From Methanobacteriota archaeon (lineage in GTDB: Archaea > Thermoplasmatota > Thermoplasmata > Thermoplasmatales > GCA-001856825): 64,000 nucleotides of DNA. Both the position numbers and the translations under genes were made by a program. Each line of letters starts with the position of its first letter. Position 1 is the first letter of the stretch. This document shows, piece after piece, positions 21,006 through 31,495 of the stretch. The stretch is from positions 23,022-87,021 of the forward strand of contig JAFMDN010000001.1 in NCBI GenBank assembly GCA_017857235.1. Reading direction: 5' to 3'. The notes under the pieces were generated by a model. The model saw only the letters and a program-made list of their open reading frames with translations. It did no database searches and had not been told where the DNA came from.

Positions 21006-21386
21006 TTGATGCCCGATCCAGCTTCTAAATTTTTCAGTTGCAGCAATGTTGAAAGAGCAATATTTGAAGCAGGTATAAAGCTTGGTGCCATTTATCATCA
21101 ATACACTGGCATTCCCGTGAACCAATATAACGTTGAATACCTTGAAAAGGCAATAGAAATGGCAACAGAGGCTCAGCCATTTGTAGAGGAAGTGAAGGTA
21201 AATATAGATAGGAATAAAATTGGCAAGGAGCTGTCTGTATACAAATATAAAACCCTAACCGGTGATATGATAAATGTAACCATCAAAATTAATTATGAGG
21301 GTGCAAGGGTCATTGGAGAAATGAAGTTCATCGATGAGATGAATTATCCACTCATGTTTTTCAGGGTAGATAAAAATGATCAGTAA
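21006..21386 (+). CDS. mptD: Archaeal dihydroneopterin aldolase family (DUF381)
   Basis: ERAIFEAGIKLGAIYHQYTG, YPLM. Confidence 0.85.
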   Translation: MMPDPASKFFSCSNVERAIFEAGIKLGAIYHQYTGIPVNQYNVEYLEKAIEMATEAQPFVEEVKVNIDRNKIGKELSVYKYKTLTGDMINVTIKINYEGARVIGEMKFIDEMNYPLMFFRVDKNDQ

Positions 21387-21921
21387 AGTGGCCTTAAGTG
21401 GTTCCGAAGGGGTAGGAAAAACTGAAGTCTTAAAGAAAGTTATAGAAATATTGGAGAAAGAAGGGCATGTTGTTGGAGGGATAATTACAGAAAAGGAATA
21501 TGAAGGAAAAGAACCAGTAGGATTAAGGGTAATAGACTGGCATTCTAAAAATTCCATCATATTTGCCCATAAAAGTATTAATTCAAGAATAAGGGTAGGG
21601 AAATTCGGTGTTGATATTAAAGCGTTTGATCAGATAGCAATACCTGCACTCCAATGGGCTAAAGATAATGCAGAGATCATAGTCATAGACGAAATCGGAA
21701 AGGTTGAACAGGAGAGTAAGCAGTATACAGAGCTTGTAAAGGAGATTCTTGATATGGATAAAATGCTGATTGTGACAATACACAAGAAAGGTAGAAATCC
21801 CTTATTGCAAGAAGTGAAGAAACGTGATGATATGAGGAACTTGGAAATAAATCCAATTAATAGAAATGTATTGGTCTTTAAAATTGTCAACATTATAAAA
21901 GGTGAAGAATCCACCATATGA
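21376..21921 (+). CDS. Nucleoside-triphosphatase (THEP1 family)
   Basis: G.EGVGKT, VGG, RVGKFGV, IDEIGK.E. Confidence 0.9.
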   Translation: MISKVALSGSEGVGKTEVLKKVIEILEKEGHVVGGIITEKEYEGKEPVGLRVIDWHSKNSIIFAHKSINSRIRVGKFGVDIKAFDQIAIPALQWAKDNAEIIVIDEIGKVEQESKQYTELVKEILDMDKMLIVTIHKKGRNPLLQEVKKRDDMRNLEINPINRNVLVFKIVNIIKGEESTI

Positions 21922-22931
21922 TATTTGAGGGTAATGCAAAGTTTCAGGCAATAGGTGCATTTACTCAGGGACCTGGAAAAGCTGGAAATGGATTTTACAA
22001 TAGGGAAATGGTTACTTCTAGGGATTTCACAGTTTCAATATTAAAAATTTTTAGGCCAGGGTTGGCCCTGGATGGAATGGCAGGAACTGGCATAAGGGGT
22101 ATCAGGATAGCTTTAGAATCCGGGTGGGAAGTTGTATTGAATGATAATAACCCTGTAAACTTTAATTTAATTAAGGATAACGTGAAATTGAATGGCCTAA
22201 ATTCTCTTGTATGGAATTTAGACTTCAATGCAGCGGTTGCAGAAAAATTTTGGGATTACATAGACATTGATCCGTACGGTACCCCCGTAGGGTTTGTGGA
22301 AAATTCCCTAGCTCACCTAAAAAATCATGGAATTTTGGGTGTTACCATGACAGATACTTCTGTTCTGGAAGGAAAATTTCTCCAAAAAGGATATTTAAGG
22401 TATGGAGGATTTGGCTTAAGAGGGATCTATTCTAAAGAAGTATCAACCAGGATATTCGCAGCATATCTTATTAAAATTGCAGCATCTCTGGAGTTAGGGA
22501 GTAGAGTACTTCTCACAATAAGGGATAAACATTATATCAGGGTTTTTCTCCAGGTCCAACGAGGGGTAAATAGGGCTTTGAAATCCTTAGAAAATGTCAA
22601 AAATTTCACCTTAGAGGGAAAAACTATCGGTCCACTTTATTTGGGACCTCTGTACGATAACGAAGTTTTAGATAGAATAAATATCGAAAATCTATCAAGT
22701 AGATCCAAAAAGCTATTTGAAAATATGAAAAATGAAGACCTTATGCTTTTTTTCTATACGAATTCCATAAATAACCATGAAGTGAGTATAAATGAAATTA
22801 TTGAAAGGATAAAAGAACGAGGATACAGGGCAGGCAGAACAAACTTCTATGAGAAAGGAATAAAGACTGATGCTCCTAATGATCTCTATTATTCCATATT
22901 ACAAGAAGCAGATTCAAATAAATTTATCTAA
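21918..22931 (+). CDS. trm1: tRNA (guanine26-N2)-dimethyltransferase
   Basis: GFYN..M...RD, GTGIRGIR, DIDPYGTP, GPLY.GPL, KTDAP. Confidence 0.9.
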   Translation: MIFEGNAKFQAIGAFTQGPGKAGNGFYNREMVTSRDFTVSILKIFRPGLALDGMAGTGIRGIRIALESGWEVVLNDNNPVNFNLIKDNVKLNGLNSLVWNLDFNAAVAEKFWDYIDIDPYGTPVGFVENSLAHLKNHGILGVTMTDTSVLEGKFLQKGYLRYGGFGLRGIYSKEVSTRIFAAYLIKIAASLELGSRVLLTIRDKHYIRVFLQVQRGVNRALKSLENVKNFTLEGKTIGPLYLGPLYDNEVLDRINIENLSSRSKKLFENMKNEDLMLFFYTNSINNHEVSINEIIERIKERGYRAGRTNFYEKGIKTDAPNDLYYSILQEADSNKFI

Positions 22932-23774
22932 TTGCATGAATTGAACCTGACACAAATGAATGGCTTCCTTAAACTCATGAGACCCGTAAATGCAGTCATG
23001 GCATCCGTGGGAACAATAATTGGGGGTATAATCTCATTTGGCAGTTTTCGTGCTCTTTATGATGTCAATATTTATTTTGCAATGCTGACAGTTTTTCTTG
23101 TACTTATGGCAGGAAACATAATGAATGACTATTTCGATATTGAAGTTGATAAAATTAATCATCCTGATAGACCTCTGGCCTCAGGGAAAATAAAAAAGGA
23201 CGATGCATTAGTATTTGCAATAGTATTTTTTATAATGGGATACCTTATTTCACTTTTCACCTTTAAGATAGTATTATCGCTAATAGTACTGTTCGCTATT
23301 GCATTGCTTGTTAGCTATGAGTGGAAGGCAAAAAAAGCAGGTTTAATTGGAAACATCATTATATCGTTCCTGGTAGCTTTAATATTTATATATGGATCCC
23401 TCAGTGTTAAGTTTTCATTTTTGGTATTAATATTTGCATTTATGGCATTTTTAGCTAATCTGTCAAGAGAAATAATAAAAGATGTTGAAGATGTGGAAGG
23501 GGATATTGATAGAAGAACACTGCCAATGAAAATAGGAAAAAAGTTGAGTACAGTATTTGCATCGGTATTCCTTTTGATAGCTATAACTATATCCCCAATA
23601 CCATACTTATATTTCCATTGGAATATTTACTATTTAATTGCCGTTCTTTTGGCAGACATCCTCTTTTTAGTTTCCATAATATTTTCATTTAATAACCCCA
23701 AGAGGGGGCAGGAATTTATTAAATTTGGAATGCTAGTTGGCCTAGTGGCATTTTTAATTGGTGGTGCGGTATGA
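22932..23774 (+). CDS. Digeranylgeranylglyceryl phosphate synthase (UbiA family)
   Basis: NDYFDIEVDKINHPDRP, REIIKDVEDVEGD; start may be ATG 22956. Confidence 0.9.
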   Translation: MHELNLTQMNGFLKLMRPVNAVMASVGTIIGGIISFGSFRALYDVNIYFAMLTVFLVLMAGNIMNDYFDIEVDKINHPDRPLASGKIKKDDALVFAIVFFIMGYLISLFTFKIVLSLIVLFAIALLVSYEWKAKKAGLIGNIIISFLVALIFIYGSLSVKFSFLVLIFAFMAFLANLSREIIKDVEDVEGDIDRRTLPMKIGKKLSTVFASVFLLIAITISPIPYLYFHWNIYYLIAVLLADILFLVSIIFSFNNPKRGQEFIKFGMLVGLVAFLIGGAV

Positions 23775-24490
23775 TATTGAACAATATGAAATATGGGCGT
23801 ATATCCCATTTGACCCTTTTGGATCCTGATAAGGTTAATGAAGAAAATATAGGTAGAATAATGGAAATTATCAACAATTCGGGATCTGATGGCATCATGG
23901 TCGGAGGATCCACTGCTACAGATACGGCAGTTGTTGATAAGACTGTAACCATGATAAAAAAGTACACTAAACTACCCGTGATATTGTTCCCTTCAGCCTC
24001 TACAGCCATATCTCCGAAGGCAGATGCCATTTTCTTTATGAGTCTTCTCAACTCCAGAGATAGGGAATATATTATAGGGCATCAGGTTAAAGCCGCCAGG
24101 GCCATTAGAGAAATGAAAATGGAGGTTATCTCTTTAGCTTATTTAATATTCGAACCTGGCATGACTGTAGGTAGGGTTGGAAACGCCATTCTTATCGGGA
24201 GGGATGATGTAGAAACAGCATTATCATATTCCCTGGCTGCGGAGATGCTCGGTTTTTCAGCATTGTATTTGGAGGCAGGTTCAGGGGCTGACAGACCCAT
24301 TGACAAAAAAGTGGTTGAAAGTGTTACTCATGAGGTAACCATACCGGTAATTGTAGGAGGAGGAATAAGAGATCCACAGACGGCAAAAGAATTTATAGAT
24401 GCTGGTGCAACTACTATCGTCACTGGAACCATAGCAGAAAAAGATCCAAATATGCTCGCAAAAATAATAAAATCAATTAAGGCTCGTTAA
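23771..24490 (+). CDS. Geranylgeranylglyceryl phosphate synthase
   Basis: LLDPDK, MVGGST, YLEAGSGA, VGGGIR, VTGT. Confidence 0.92.
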   Translation: MILNNMKYGRISHLTLLDPDKVNEENIGRIMEIINNSGSDGIMVGGSTATDTAVVDKTVTMIKKYTKLPVILFPSASTAISPKADAIFFMSLLNSRDREYIIGHQVKAARAIREMKMEVISLAYLIFEPGMTVGRVGNAILIGRDDVETALSYSLAAEMLGFSALYLEAGSGADRPIDKKVVESVTHEVTIPVIVGGGIRDPQTAKEFIDAGATTIVTGTIAEKDPNMLAKIIKSIKAR

Positions 24491-25091
24491 ACTCGCTTTC
24501 AATTTTATCTATCCAGATCTTTGCCTTTTTGTTCGTGGGATCTAGAGATATTGCTTTCTCAAGATCGGCAAGTGCTGTAGCCTTATCCTTTAGATAGTAA
24601 TATGCCATAGCTCTATTTATGTAATTGTCAGGATTGGCCGGGTCTAAATCAATTGCTTTTGTGTAATTTTCAATTGCACCTTTGTATTCCTTCAAATAAA
24701 AAAGTGCGTTTCCAAGGTTAACAAATGCATCGAGATACAAGTTATCCTTATCGATTGTCTTTTCAAAAAATTCTACTGCATCCTTGAACTTATTTGTTTC
24801 CAGATAGATACTACCTATATTGAAGTATAGGTCCGGATCTTCAGGGTTCTCTTCCAATAGTTTCTTTAATATCTCGAGACTTTCGTTGTATTTACCAGTA
24901 TGAAAATACGCAACGGCGAGATTGAATCTGGTTTCATAGTCATTTGGAACATATTCCAATGCCTTAAGATAGTTTTCTATTGCATCCTTATATTTCTTTA
25001 ATGATAAATACCTGGAACCCCTTTCAAAATATATTTCTGCTTTCTGATATGCATCCCCTTCTTCTTTCGGCAGTTTTGGATTGAAGCTCAT
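24477..25091 (-). CDS. Tetratricopeptide repeat protein
   Basis: About five 34-aa TPR units (NLA.AY, NIG.IY, NLG.AL, AI.LDP). Confidence 0.9.
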   Translation of the reverse strand: MSFNPKLPKEEGDAYQKAEIYFERGSRYLSLKKYKDAIENYLKALEYVPNDYETRFNLAVAYFHTGKYNESLEILKKLLEENPEDPDLYFNIGSIYLETNKFKDAVEFFEKTIDKDNLYLDAFVNLGNALFYLKEYKGAIENYTKAIDLDPANPDNYINRAMAYYYLKDKATALADLEKAISLDPTNKKAKIWIDKIESEFNEP

Positions 25092-25172
25092 TAAAGTGTT
25101 ATATACGCAAGGTTATAAATAATTTGTAAAAGACCAATTGAAAATGGGATATAAAAAAACATAAGGATAAAT

Positions 25173-26507
25173 TTACTTCATCTCGCCAAGTGTTTCCTTC
25201 ACCTTACTGGAGAACAGTTTTACATCCTCGTCTGAAACTATTAATGGAGGCCTGAGCCTTATGGTTTTCTCTCCAGCTTTAAGCACTAAGATGCCCTTTG
25301 AATAAATGCGGTTAAAGAACTCATCCCTTAGCTTCTCATTCTTCAGATCAAATGCGTCCATCACGCCTCTCCCCCTTGGATTTTCAACTAGGTTTGTATA
25401 TTTATTATATATGTCAGTTAATTCCTCCAATATGTGCTTCCCCTGAACTTCAACATTTTTCAATAGATTGTATTTTTCCACTATTTCAATGTACTTTTTG
25501 GATCTTACCATATCTACCAGATTTCCTCCCCATGTCGAATTGATTCTGCTCGGAACTTTGAAAACGTTATCTTCTACTTCATCAACCTTAGGTCCGACCA
25601 TTATTCCACAGACCTGTGACTTTTTGCCGAATGCAATAATATCAGGTTTAATTCCAAAGTGCTCGTGTGCCCACCATTTCCCTGTTATTCCCATTCCTGA
25701 TTGTACCTCATCTACAATGTACATTGCATCATTTTCATGGACAATTTTTAATGATTCTTCAAAGAACTCCTTCCTAAAGTGGTTATCTCCGCCTTCGCCC
25801 TGAATTGGTTCTATAATAAATGCTGCAATGTCGTTTCCATGCTTCTTGAAAGCTTCCTGCAATTCTTCAAGGCTTTTCCTTTCTTTCTCTTCAACTTCCT
25901 TTAAATTTCTATCATCTAACGGGAACCTTATCTTTGGATTGGATATCCTAGGCCAATCAAATTTTGGGAAATATTGAGTTTTCCTTGGGTCATATGTATT
26001 AGTTAGGGATAGGGTATATCCACTGCGACCGTGGAATGCCTCCTTCAGATGTACTATTTTCGTTCCTTTTTCTGTCTTTTCCCCATTTTTGAAATTCTTC
26101 CTGATCTTCCAGTCAAAGGCTGTCTTAAGTGCATTTTCGACGGCCAATGCTCCCCCATCAATGAAGAAGAAATACCTCATGTATTCAGGTGTAACTGAAT
26201 CAGAGAATTTCTTAACAAATTCCGCCATCTCAACGGTGTATATGTCTGAATTTGTAACCTTATTCTTAGCAGCTCTAATTAATTCCTTCATAAATTCAGG
26301 TTCATTTAGGTCGGGATGATTAACCCCTACAGGATTTGATGCAAAGAAACCAAAGAAATCCAAAAATTTCCTGTCATATCTCGAATCGTACAATAGCATA
26401 CCATGACTCTTTTCTAGATCTAATACTAAGTCGAATCCATCAGCCAGCATCCTGGACGCAATAACTGAGTGAACTTCTTTTGGATCCATATTATAGTATT
26501 TGCTCAT
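25173..26507 (-). CDS. lat: L-lysine 6-transaminase (class III PLP)
   Basis: GALAVENALK.AFDWK, AFHGRSGYTLS, EPIQGEGGD, DEVQ, FGKK, RINSTWGG. Confidence 0.88.
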   Translation of the reverse strand: MSKYYNMDPKEVHSVIASRMLADGFDLVLDLEKSHGMLLYDSRYDRKFLDFFGFFASNPVGVNHPDLNEPEFMKELIRAAKNKVTNSDIYTVEMAEFVKKFSDSVTPEYMRYFFFIDGGALAVENALKTAFDWKIRKNFKNGEKTEKGTKIVHLKEAFHGRSGYTLSLTNTYDPRKTQYFPKFDWPRISNPKIRFPLDDRNLKEVEEKERKSLEELQEAFKKHGNDIAAFIIEPIQGEGGDNHFRKEFFEESLKIVHENDAMYIVDEVQSGMGITGKWWAHEHFGIKPDIIAFGKKSQVCGIMVGPKVDEVEDNVFKVPSRINSTWGGNLVDMVRSKKYIEIVEKYNLLKNVEVQGKHILEELTDIYNKYTNLVENPRGRGVMDAFDLKNEKLRDEFFNRIYSKGILVLKAGEKTIRLRPPLIVSDEDVKLFSSKVKETLGEMK

Positions 26508-26607
26508 ACAACTCTATTGCTTCAAGAAATAAATAAATTTTCAACTTTTAAGAATATTGCTTATAATATATAACAACTGATATTTATGTCTGATATTAAC
26601 TGAATTT

Positions 26608-27210
26608 TTATAACATTTTTAAAATCTTTTCTTTGAAAATAGGTAGGAATTCATTTACACTAATCATTTTACCTGTTATTTCGGAAATACTTGTCATTAC
26701 ACTAGGTTCAAAATCGCAGGGTTTTATCTTTTCAAATTTTCTCAGATCCGTACTCACATTTATAGCAATCCCATGAAGTGTGCAGTCCCCTTTTATTGCT
26801 AAGCCAATGGATGCAATTTTTTTGCTTCCGACCCAAACACCTGTCTCTTTATGTAACCTCCCTTCCGCATTTATATTATAATGAGAAAGTGATTCAACAG
26901 TTGCTCTTTGGATCTTAATTATGAGATCTAAAATATTTATACCCCTTTTTTTCAAATTAACTATGAAGTATACTACTAATTGACCTGGACCATGGTAAGT
27001 AATTGCACCACCCCTTTCCACCTTTATGACATTTATATCTTTTGAAATTATGCTATCTTGATTTAAGTGTATTCCAGCGGTATATACGTCCGGATGTTCA
27101 GTAAATATTACATATTCTTGGCATTTTGAGGAGCAATGCATATTGAGTTCCCTTTGCTTCATTAAACATTCCATATAATCCCAGGGTATTTTCTCTATGA
27201 CATCCATCAA
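26608..27210 (-). CDS. lipB: Octanoyltransferase (lipoyl transferase)
   Basis: EH..VYT.G, RGG..TYHGPGQ, KIASIG, HG.AINV, I.PC. Confidence 0.9.
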   Translation of the reverse strand: MMDVIEKIPWDYMECLMKQRELNMHCSSKCQEYVIFTEHPDVYTAGIHLNQDSIISKDINVIKVERGGAITYHGPGQLVVYFIVNLKKRGINILDLIIKIQRATVESLSHYNINAEGRLHKETGVWVGSKKIASIGLAIKGDCTLHGIAINVSTDLRKFEKIKPCDFEPSVMTSISEITGKMISVNEFLPIFKEKILKML

Positions 27211-27377
27211 ACAACAATAACCTGAAAACGAATAAAATCATTTTTAAAGTATATTGAAAACCGAATATCCAAAGCATGAATCAAAATTAATTTTAAAACG
27301 AATTTTAATATAATATCGACTCTCATAAAGAATATATATGTAGAATTATTTATTGCTCTGCGCTTCCGAGGGATAAA

Positions 27378-27878
27378 ATGGCTGAACAAAATGAAAATTT
27401 GAGATATATAGTAAGATTGGCTAGCACCAACCTAGACGGTACTAAGCCAGCTGTCTATGCACTTTCAAATATAAAAGGGATGGGGTATAGGGCTTCAGAG
27501 ATTCTCTTAAAAAAGATTGGGATTCCATTGAATGCTAAATTGGGAGAAATACCTGAAGATAAAATGAATGAAATTAAAGAGTATATGGAAAAGAAATATG
27601 GTGAAATATTCCCAGAATGGGCATTAAATCATAGATTAGATATACAAACAGGGGAGAATTTATTAAAAGTTGGGCCAGAATGGGACGTTGCAGTTCAAGA
27701 TGACATTAACAGGATGAAAAGAATCAGATCCTATAAGGGAATCAGGCATGAAAAGGGTAAGAAAGTTAGGGGCCAGAGAACCAGATCAAATGGTAGAAAA
27801 GGTTTGGCTGTTGGAGTCATAAAGAAGAAAGAACAGCCGGCTAAGCAAGAAGATAATAAGAAAGAGGCCAAAAAATAA
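27378..27878 (+). CDS. rps13: 30S ribosomal protein S13
   Basis: IKGMG, SYKGIRH.KG.KVRGQRTRSNGR. Confidence 0.97.
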   Translation: MAEQNENLRYIVRLASTNLDGTKPAVYALSNIKGMGYRASEILLKKIGIPLNAKLGEIPEDKMNEIKEYMEKKYGEIFPEWALNHRLDIQTGENLLKVGPEWDVAVQDDINRMKRIRSYKGIRHEKGKKVRGQRTRSNGRKGLAVGVIKKKEQPAKQEDNKKEAKK

Positions 27879-27890
27879 TGAGGTGATCTA

Positions 27891-28439
27891 ATGGGAGACC
27901 CCAGAAAAATTAGGAAAAAGTATGAAACTCCAAGACATCCTTATGAGGGACAGAGAATAAAAGAAGAAAATAAATTAGTTCGAAAGTATGGATTGAAAAA
28001 TAAAAGGGAATTGTGGAAAGCCCAGTCAGAATTGAGGAAGTTCAGAGCTAATGCTAGGGATCTCCAGGGATCATTGAGGTCCGGGGATCCAGAAGCTCAG
28101 AGGCTTATGAGACAGATAGCAGGAAAATTGGCTAGATATGGTATTCTGAGTGAAAATGCTACAGCAGATGATATTCTTGCATTAAATGTGGAATCATTAC
28201 TGGACAGAAGATTACAGACAATTGTATTTCTTAAGGGTTTGGCAAAGACCCCAAGGATGGCAAGGCAATTGATTGTTCACGGTCACATCGTTGTTAATGG
28301 AAGAAAAGTAACCATACCAAGCTACAGAGTTATGAAATCGGAAGAGGATACCATAGGCTATGCGCCAGATTCACCATTCGCTAATGAACTCCACCCCATG
28401 AGGGTACAACAGCCACAAGAAAATCAGGAGGCGAGCTAA
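27891..28439 (+). CDS. rps4: 30S ribosomal protein S4
   Basis: [30 protein letters not shown]. Confidence 0.97.
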   Translation: MGDPRKIRKKYETPRHPYEGQRIKEENKLVRKYGLKNKRELWKAQSELRKFRANARDLQGSLRSGDPEAQRLMRQIAGKLARYGILSENATADDILALNVESLLDRRLQTIVFLKGLAKTPRMARQLIVHGHIVVNGRKVTIPSYRVMKSEEDTIGYAPDSPFANELHPMRVQQPQENQEAS

Positions 28440-28823
28440 ATGGGAAAAATGGGCGTTGTTCATATTTTTGCATCTCAAAATAATACCATAATAACTGTTA
28501 CAGATATTACAGGCGCAGAGACCCTCGCAAAAGCGTCTGGAGGAATGGTAGTAAAAGCTGACAGGGATGAAAGCTCACCATATGCTGCAATGAAAGCTGT
28601 TGATATCATTGTAGAAAAATTGAAAGAGAAAGATGTTACTGATGTTGTTATAAAAGTAAGGGCCCCAGGAGGATCAAAATCTCATAATCCTGGACCTGGT
28701 GCGCAGGCAGCGATAAGAGCCATTGCAAGGGCAGGATTAAAGATACTTCAAATTGAGGATGTTACCCCCATCCCCCACGATGGAACAAAGAAGAAAGGTG
28801 GGAAAAGGGGAAGAAGGGTATGA
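28440..28823 (+). CDS. rps11: 30S ribosomal protein S11
   Basis: [31 protein letters not shown]. Confidence 0.97.
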   Translation: MGKMGVVHIFASQNNTIITVTDITGAETLAKASGGMVVKADRDESSPYAAMKAVDIIVEKLKEKDVTDVVIKVRAPGGSKSHNPGPGAQAAIRAIARAGLKILQIEDVTPIPHDGTKKKGGKRGRRV

Positions 28824-29638
28824 GTTCAATTAAGATATTGGAAGAAGGGGATAATTGGATCAGATTCTTGGTGGAAGGTATCTCCCCTGCCTATGCCAAT
28901 ATGCTCAGGAGAACTTTAATAAATGACATTCCTAAGCTAGCTATTTCCAAAGTAAACTTTCACCACGGGGAAATAAGGCAGGGTGATGACAAAGTTTATT
29001 CATCTTCCACATCACTCTTCGATGAGATGATTGCAAGTAGGCTAGGATTGATTCCATTACCAACTGATTTAAATATGAACTTTAGAGATACATGCAGTTG
29101 TGGAGGGAAAGGCTGTTCTTTATGCACCGTAACATATTCATTATTTGCTATAGGACCCAAGGTTGTAAAATCTCAGGATTTAATCCCTGTTGGAGATGAA
29201 AAATTTTCGCCCGTAGATAAAGAAATTCCAATTGTAGAATTAAATGAGAGACAGGCCATAATGCTAGAAGCAGAAGCCTGGCTTGGTACAGCGAAGGAAC
29301 ATGCTAGATACCAAGTAACGAGTGGTACTTCATACAAATATCATAGGGAACTGACAGTTAATAAAAGGGAGCCTAACATTCAGAGAATAATTGAAAATGC
29401 CAAAAAAAATATTGTTAAAGAGACAGAAAATGAAGTAACATTTACAACTGATTATCCAAATAAATACTTGGCACAACTTTACAGGATGGATAGCCTTAAG
29501 GTAACTGAGGATGACTCAAAATTTGTGTTTTACTTTGAAACGGATGGTAGCCTTACGCCCAGGCAAGTTTTAAGCTATGCATTAAACAGATTAAAAACCA
29601 GGCTTGAAAAATTAAGGGATTCTGTACCTGGCGAGTAG
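28820..29638 (+). CDS. rpoD: RNA polymerase subunit D (Rpo3)
   Basis: AN.LRR, DEMIA.RLGLIP, G.AKEHA, ETDGSL. Confidence 0.95.
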   Translation: MSSIKILEEGDNWIRFLVEGISPAYANMLRRTLINDIPKLAISKVNFHHGEIRQGDDKVYSSSTSLFDEMIASRLGLIPLPTDLNMNFRDTCSCGGKGCSLCTVTYSLFAIGPKVVKSQDLIPVGDEKFSPVDKEIPIVELNERQAIMLEAEAWLGTAKEHARYQVTSGTSYKYHRELTVNKREPNIQRIIENAKKNIVKETENEVTFTTDYPNKYLAQLYRMDSLKVTEDDSKFVFYFETDGSLTPRQVLSYALNRLKTRLEKLRDSVPGE

Positions 29639-29646
29639 AGGTAAAA

Positions 29647-30996
29647 ATGGTTTTAGATTCTCTCTCTAAGTCTCTGAGGGAGACCCTTAGAAAAATTTCA
29701 AGGAGCACTTCCATAGATGATAATTTAATAAATGAAGTTGTAAGAGAAATACAGAGAGCATTAATTTTAGCAGATGTTGATATAAACCTTACAATAGAGC
29801 TTACTAGAAAAGTAGAGCAAAGGGCAAAAAATGAACCTGTACCTAAGAATTCAAACCCTAGAAATCATCTTATTCTTATAGTCTATGAAGAGCTTCTAAA
29901 CATACTTGGCAAACCAAGGGAATTTAAAGCGAAACCCGCCACTATAATGCTAGTAGGACTTTACGGACAGGGAAAAACTACAAGCGCTGGGAAACTTGCT
30001 CGGTTTTATATAAAACATGGATTTAAAGTAGTTCTTATTGCGGCAGATACACAAAGGGTAGGGGCTTACGAACAACTGGAGCAAATTTCTAAACAAGTGG
30101 GTGCGGATTTCTTCGGAATTTATGGAGAAAAGGATAGCAGAAAGATTGTGAGTGGGGCCCTTTCGAAATATTCTAATTGGGATGTTAAGATAATAGATAC
30201 CAGCGGTAGAAATGCACTAAATGAAGATTTGCTTGAAGAGATTAGAGGGATAGCTGAAATTGCAAAGCCCGATGAGGTCATGTTGATACTAGATGCAAGC
30301 ATAGGCCAGCAGGCTGGAAAACAAGCAGAAGCTTTCAATAAAGCTGCAAAAATTACAGGGGTTATAATAACAAAACTCGATGGAACTGCCAAGGGAGGCG
30401 GAGCCATAAGTGCAGTAGCCAAAACTGGAGCACCAATTCTTTTTATAGGGACTGGAGAGCATCTTGATGACCTAGAATATTTCAATCCTGCAAGATTCCT
30501 GTCAAGACTTCTTGGAATGGGTGATTTGGAAACCCTTATGGCTACTGCCAAAGAGCTACATGAAGAGATAGATGAAGAATCAGTAGAAAGAATGGCCAGC
30601 GGTAAATTCACGCTTAAGGACATGTATGAAATATGGGATAAGATGTCTAAACCAGGCCTATTTAAAAAATTATTTGATTCCCTTCCAATGTTTAAATTAC
30701 AACAGAAGGAAATTGATGAAAGCTTAATCGATCAATCTGAGGCCAAAATAAGGAAGTATAAGGTAATAATGGATTCAATGACTTATCAAGAGCTTGATGA
30801 ACCGGATATTATAAAGGGCGAAAGGATAGATAGAATTGCAAGGGGTTCAGGTACACAGCCATCCGATGTTAAGGAGCTTTTAAGGGATTACAAGAGAATG
30901 AGGGATGCCATGAAAAATCTTAGAGGGAACAGAAAGATAATTTCCATGCTTAAAAAACAGCTAAAAGAGGGAAATATAGAAGATTTCAATCAATAA
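29647..30996 (+). CDS. srp54: Signal recognition particle protein SRP54
   Basis: GLYGQGKTT, DTSGR, TKLDGTAKGGG, LLGMGD, RIARGSG. Confidence 0.96.
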   Translation: MVLDSLSKSLRETLRKISRSTSIDDNLINEVVREIQRALILADVDINLTIELTRKVEQRAKNEPVPKNSNPRNHLILIVYEELLNILGKPREFKAKPATIMLVGLYGQGKTTSAGKLARFYIKHGFKVVLIAADTQRVGAYEQLEQISKQVGADFFGIYGEKDSRKIVSGALSKYSNWDVKIIDTSGRNALNEDLLEEIRGIAEIAKPDEVMLILDASIGQQAGKQAEAFNKAAKITGVIITKLDGTAKGGGAISAVAKTGAPILFIGTGEHLDDLEYFNPARFLSRLLGMGDLETLMATAKELHEEIDEESVERMASGKFTLKDMYEIWDKMSKPGLFKKLFDSLPMFKLQQKEIDESLIDQSEAKIRKYKVIMDSMTYQELDEPDIIKGERIDRIARGSGTQPSDVKELLRDYKRMRDAMKNLRGNRKIISMLKKQLKEGNIEDFNQ

Positions 30997-31495
30997 TATA
31001 TCTTTCGAATTCTCCACTCGCATGCAAATATTTTAATCTTTGATAAATTATTGCATTCCTAATTGCATATTCCTCCACATCATCACCGCACCTTATCACC
31101 TTTGCAGGGACCCCAACAGCTATGCATTTTTTGGGTATCTTCATTTTTTCTGTTACAACTGCTCCGCCTCCAATAACAGATCCAGCTTCTACCTCTGCTC
31201 CAGACATTACGATGGATCCCATTCCGATTATGACATTATCTCCTATTTTGGCTCCGTGAACTATGGCAAGATGTCCCACTGATACATTCTTTCCAATTTC
31301 AGTTGGATTTTCTCCATCACAATGTATTACTGCATTGTCTTGTATATTTGATCCATCGCCCACCTTTATGTAATTTTGATCGCCTCTGAGAACCGCTCCA
31401 TACATGATAGCCACATTATCGCCGATTGTTATATCTCCAATCAACGTAGCATTATGCGCGATAAATACGTTTTTACCAATTTTCAATTTTACCAC
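30986..31495 (-). CDS. Gamma carbonic anhydrase family (left-handed beta-helix)
   Basis: LRGD, NIQDNAVIH, GH...HG hexapeptide repeats. Confidence 0.9.
   Translation of the reverse strand: MVKLKIGKNVFIAHNATLIGDITIGDNVAIMYGAVLRGDQNYIKVGDGSNIQDNAVIHCDGENPTEIGKNVSVGHLAIVHGAKIGDNVIIGMGSIVMSGAEVEAGSVIGGGAVVTEKMKIPKKCIAVGVPAKVIRCGDDVEEYAIRNAIIYQRLKYLHASGEFERYIID

Noticed and set aside
26574-26604. Short CTGATATT/AACTGA repeats between lat and lipB
   Set aside because: Too short and irregular for a CRISPR or iteron array
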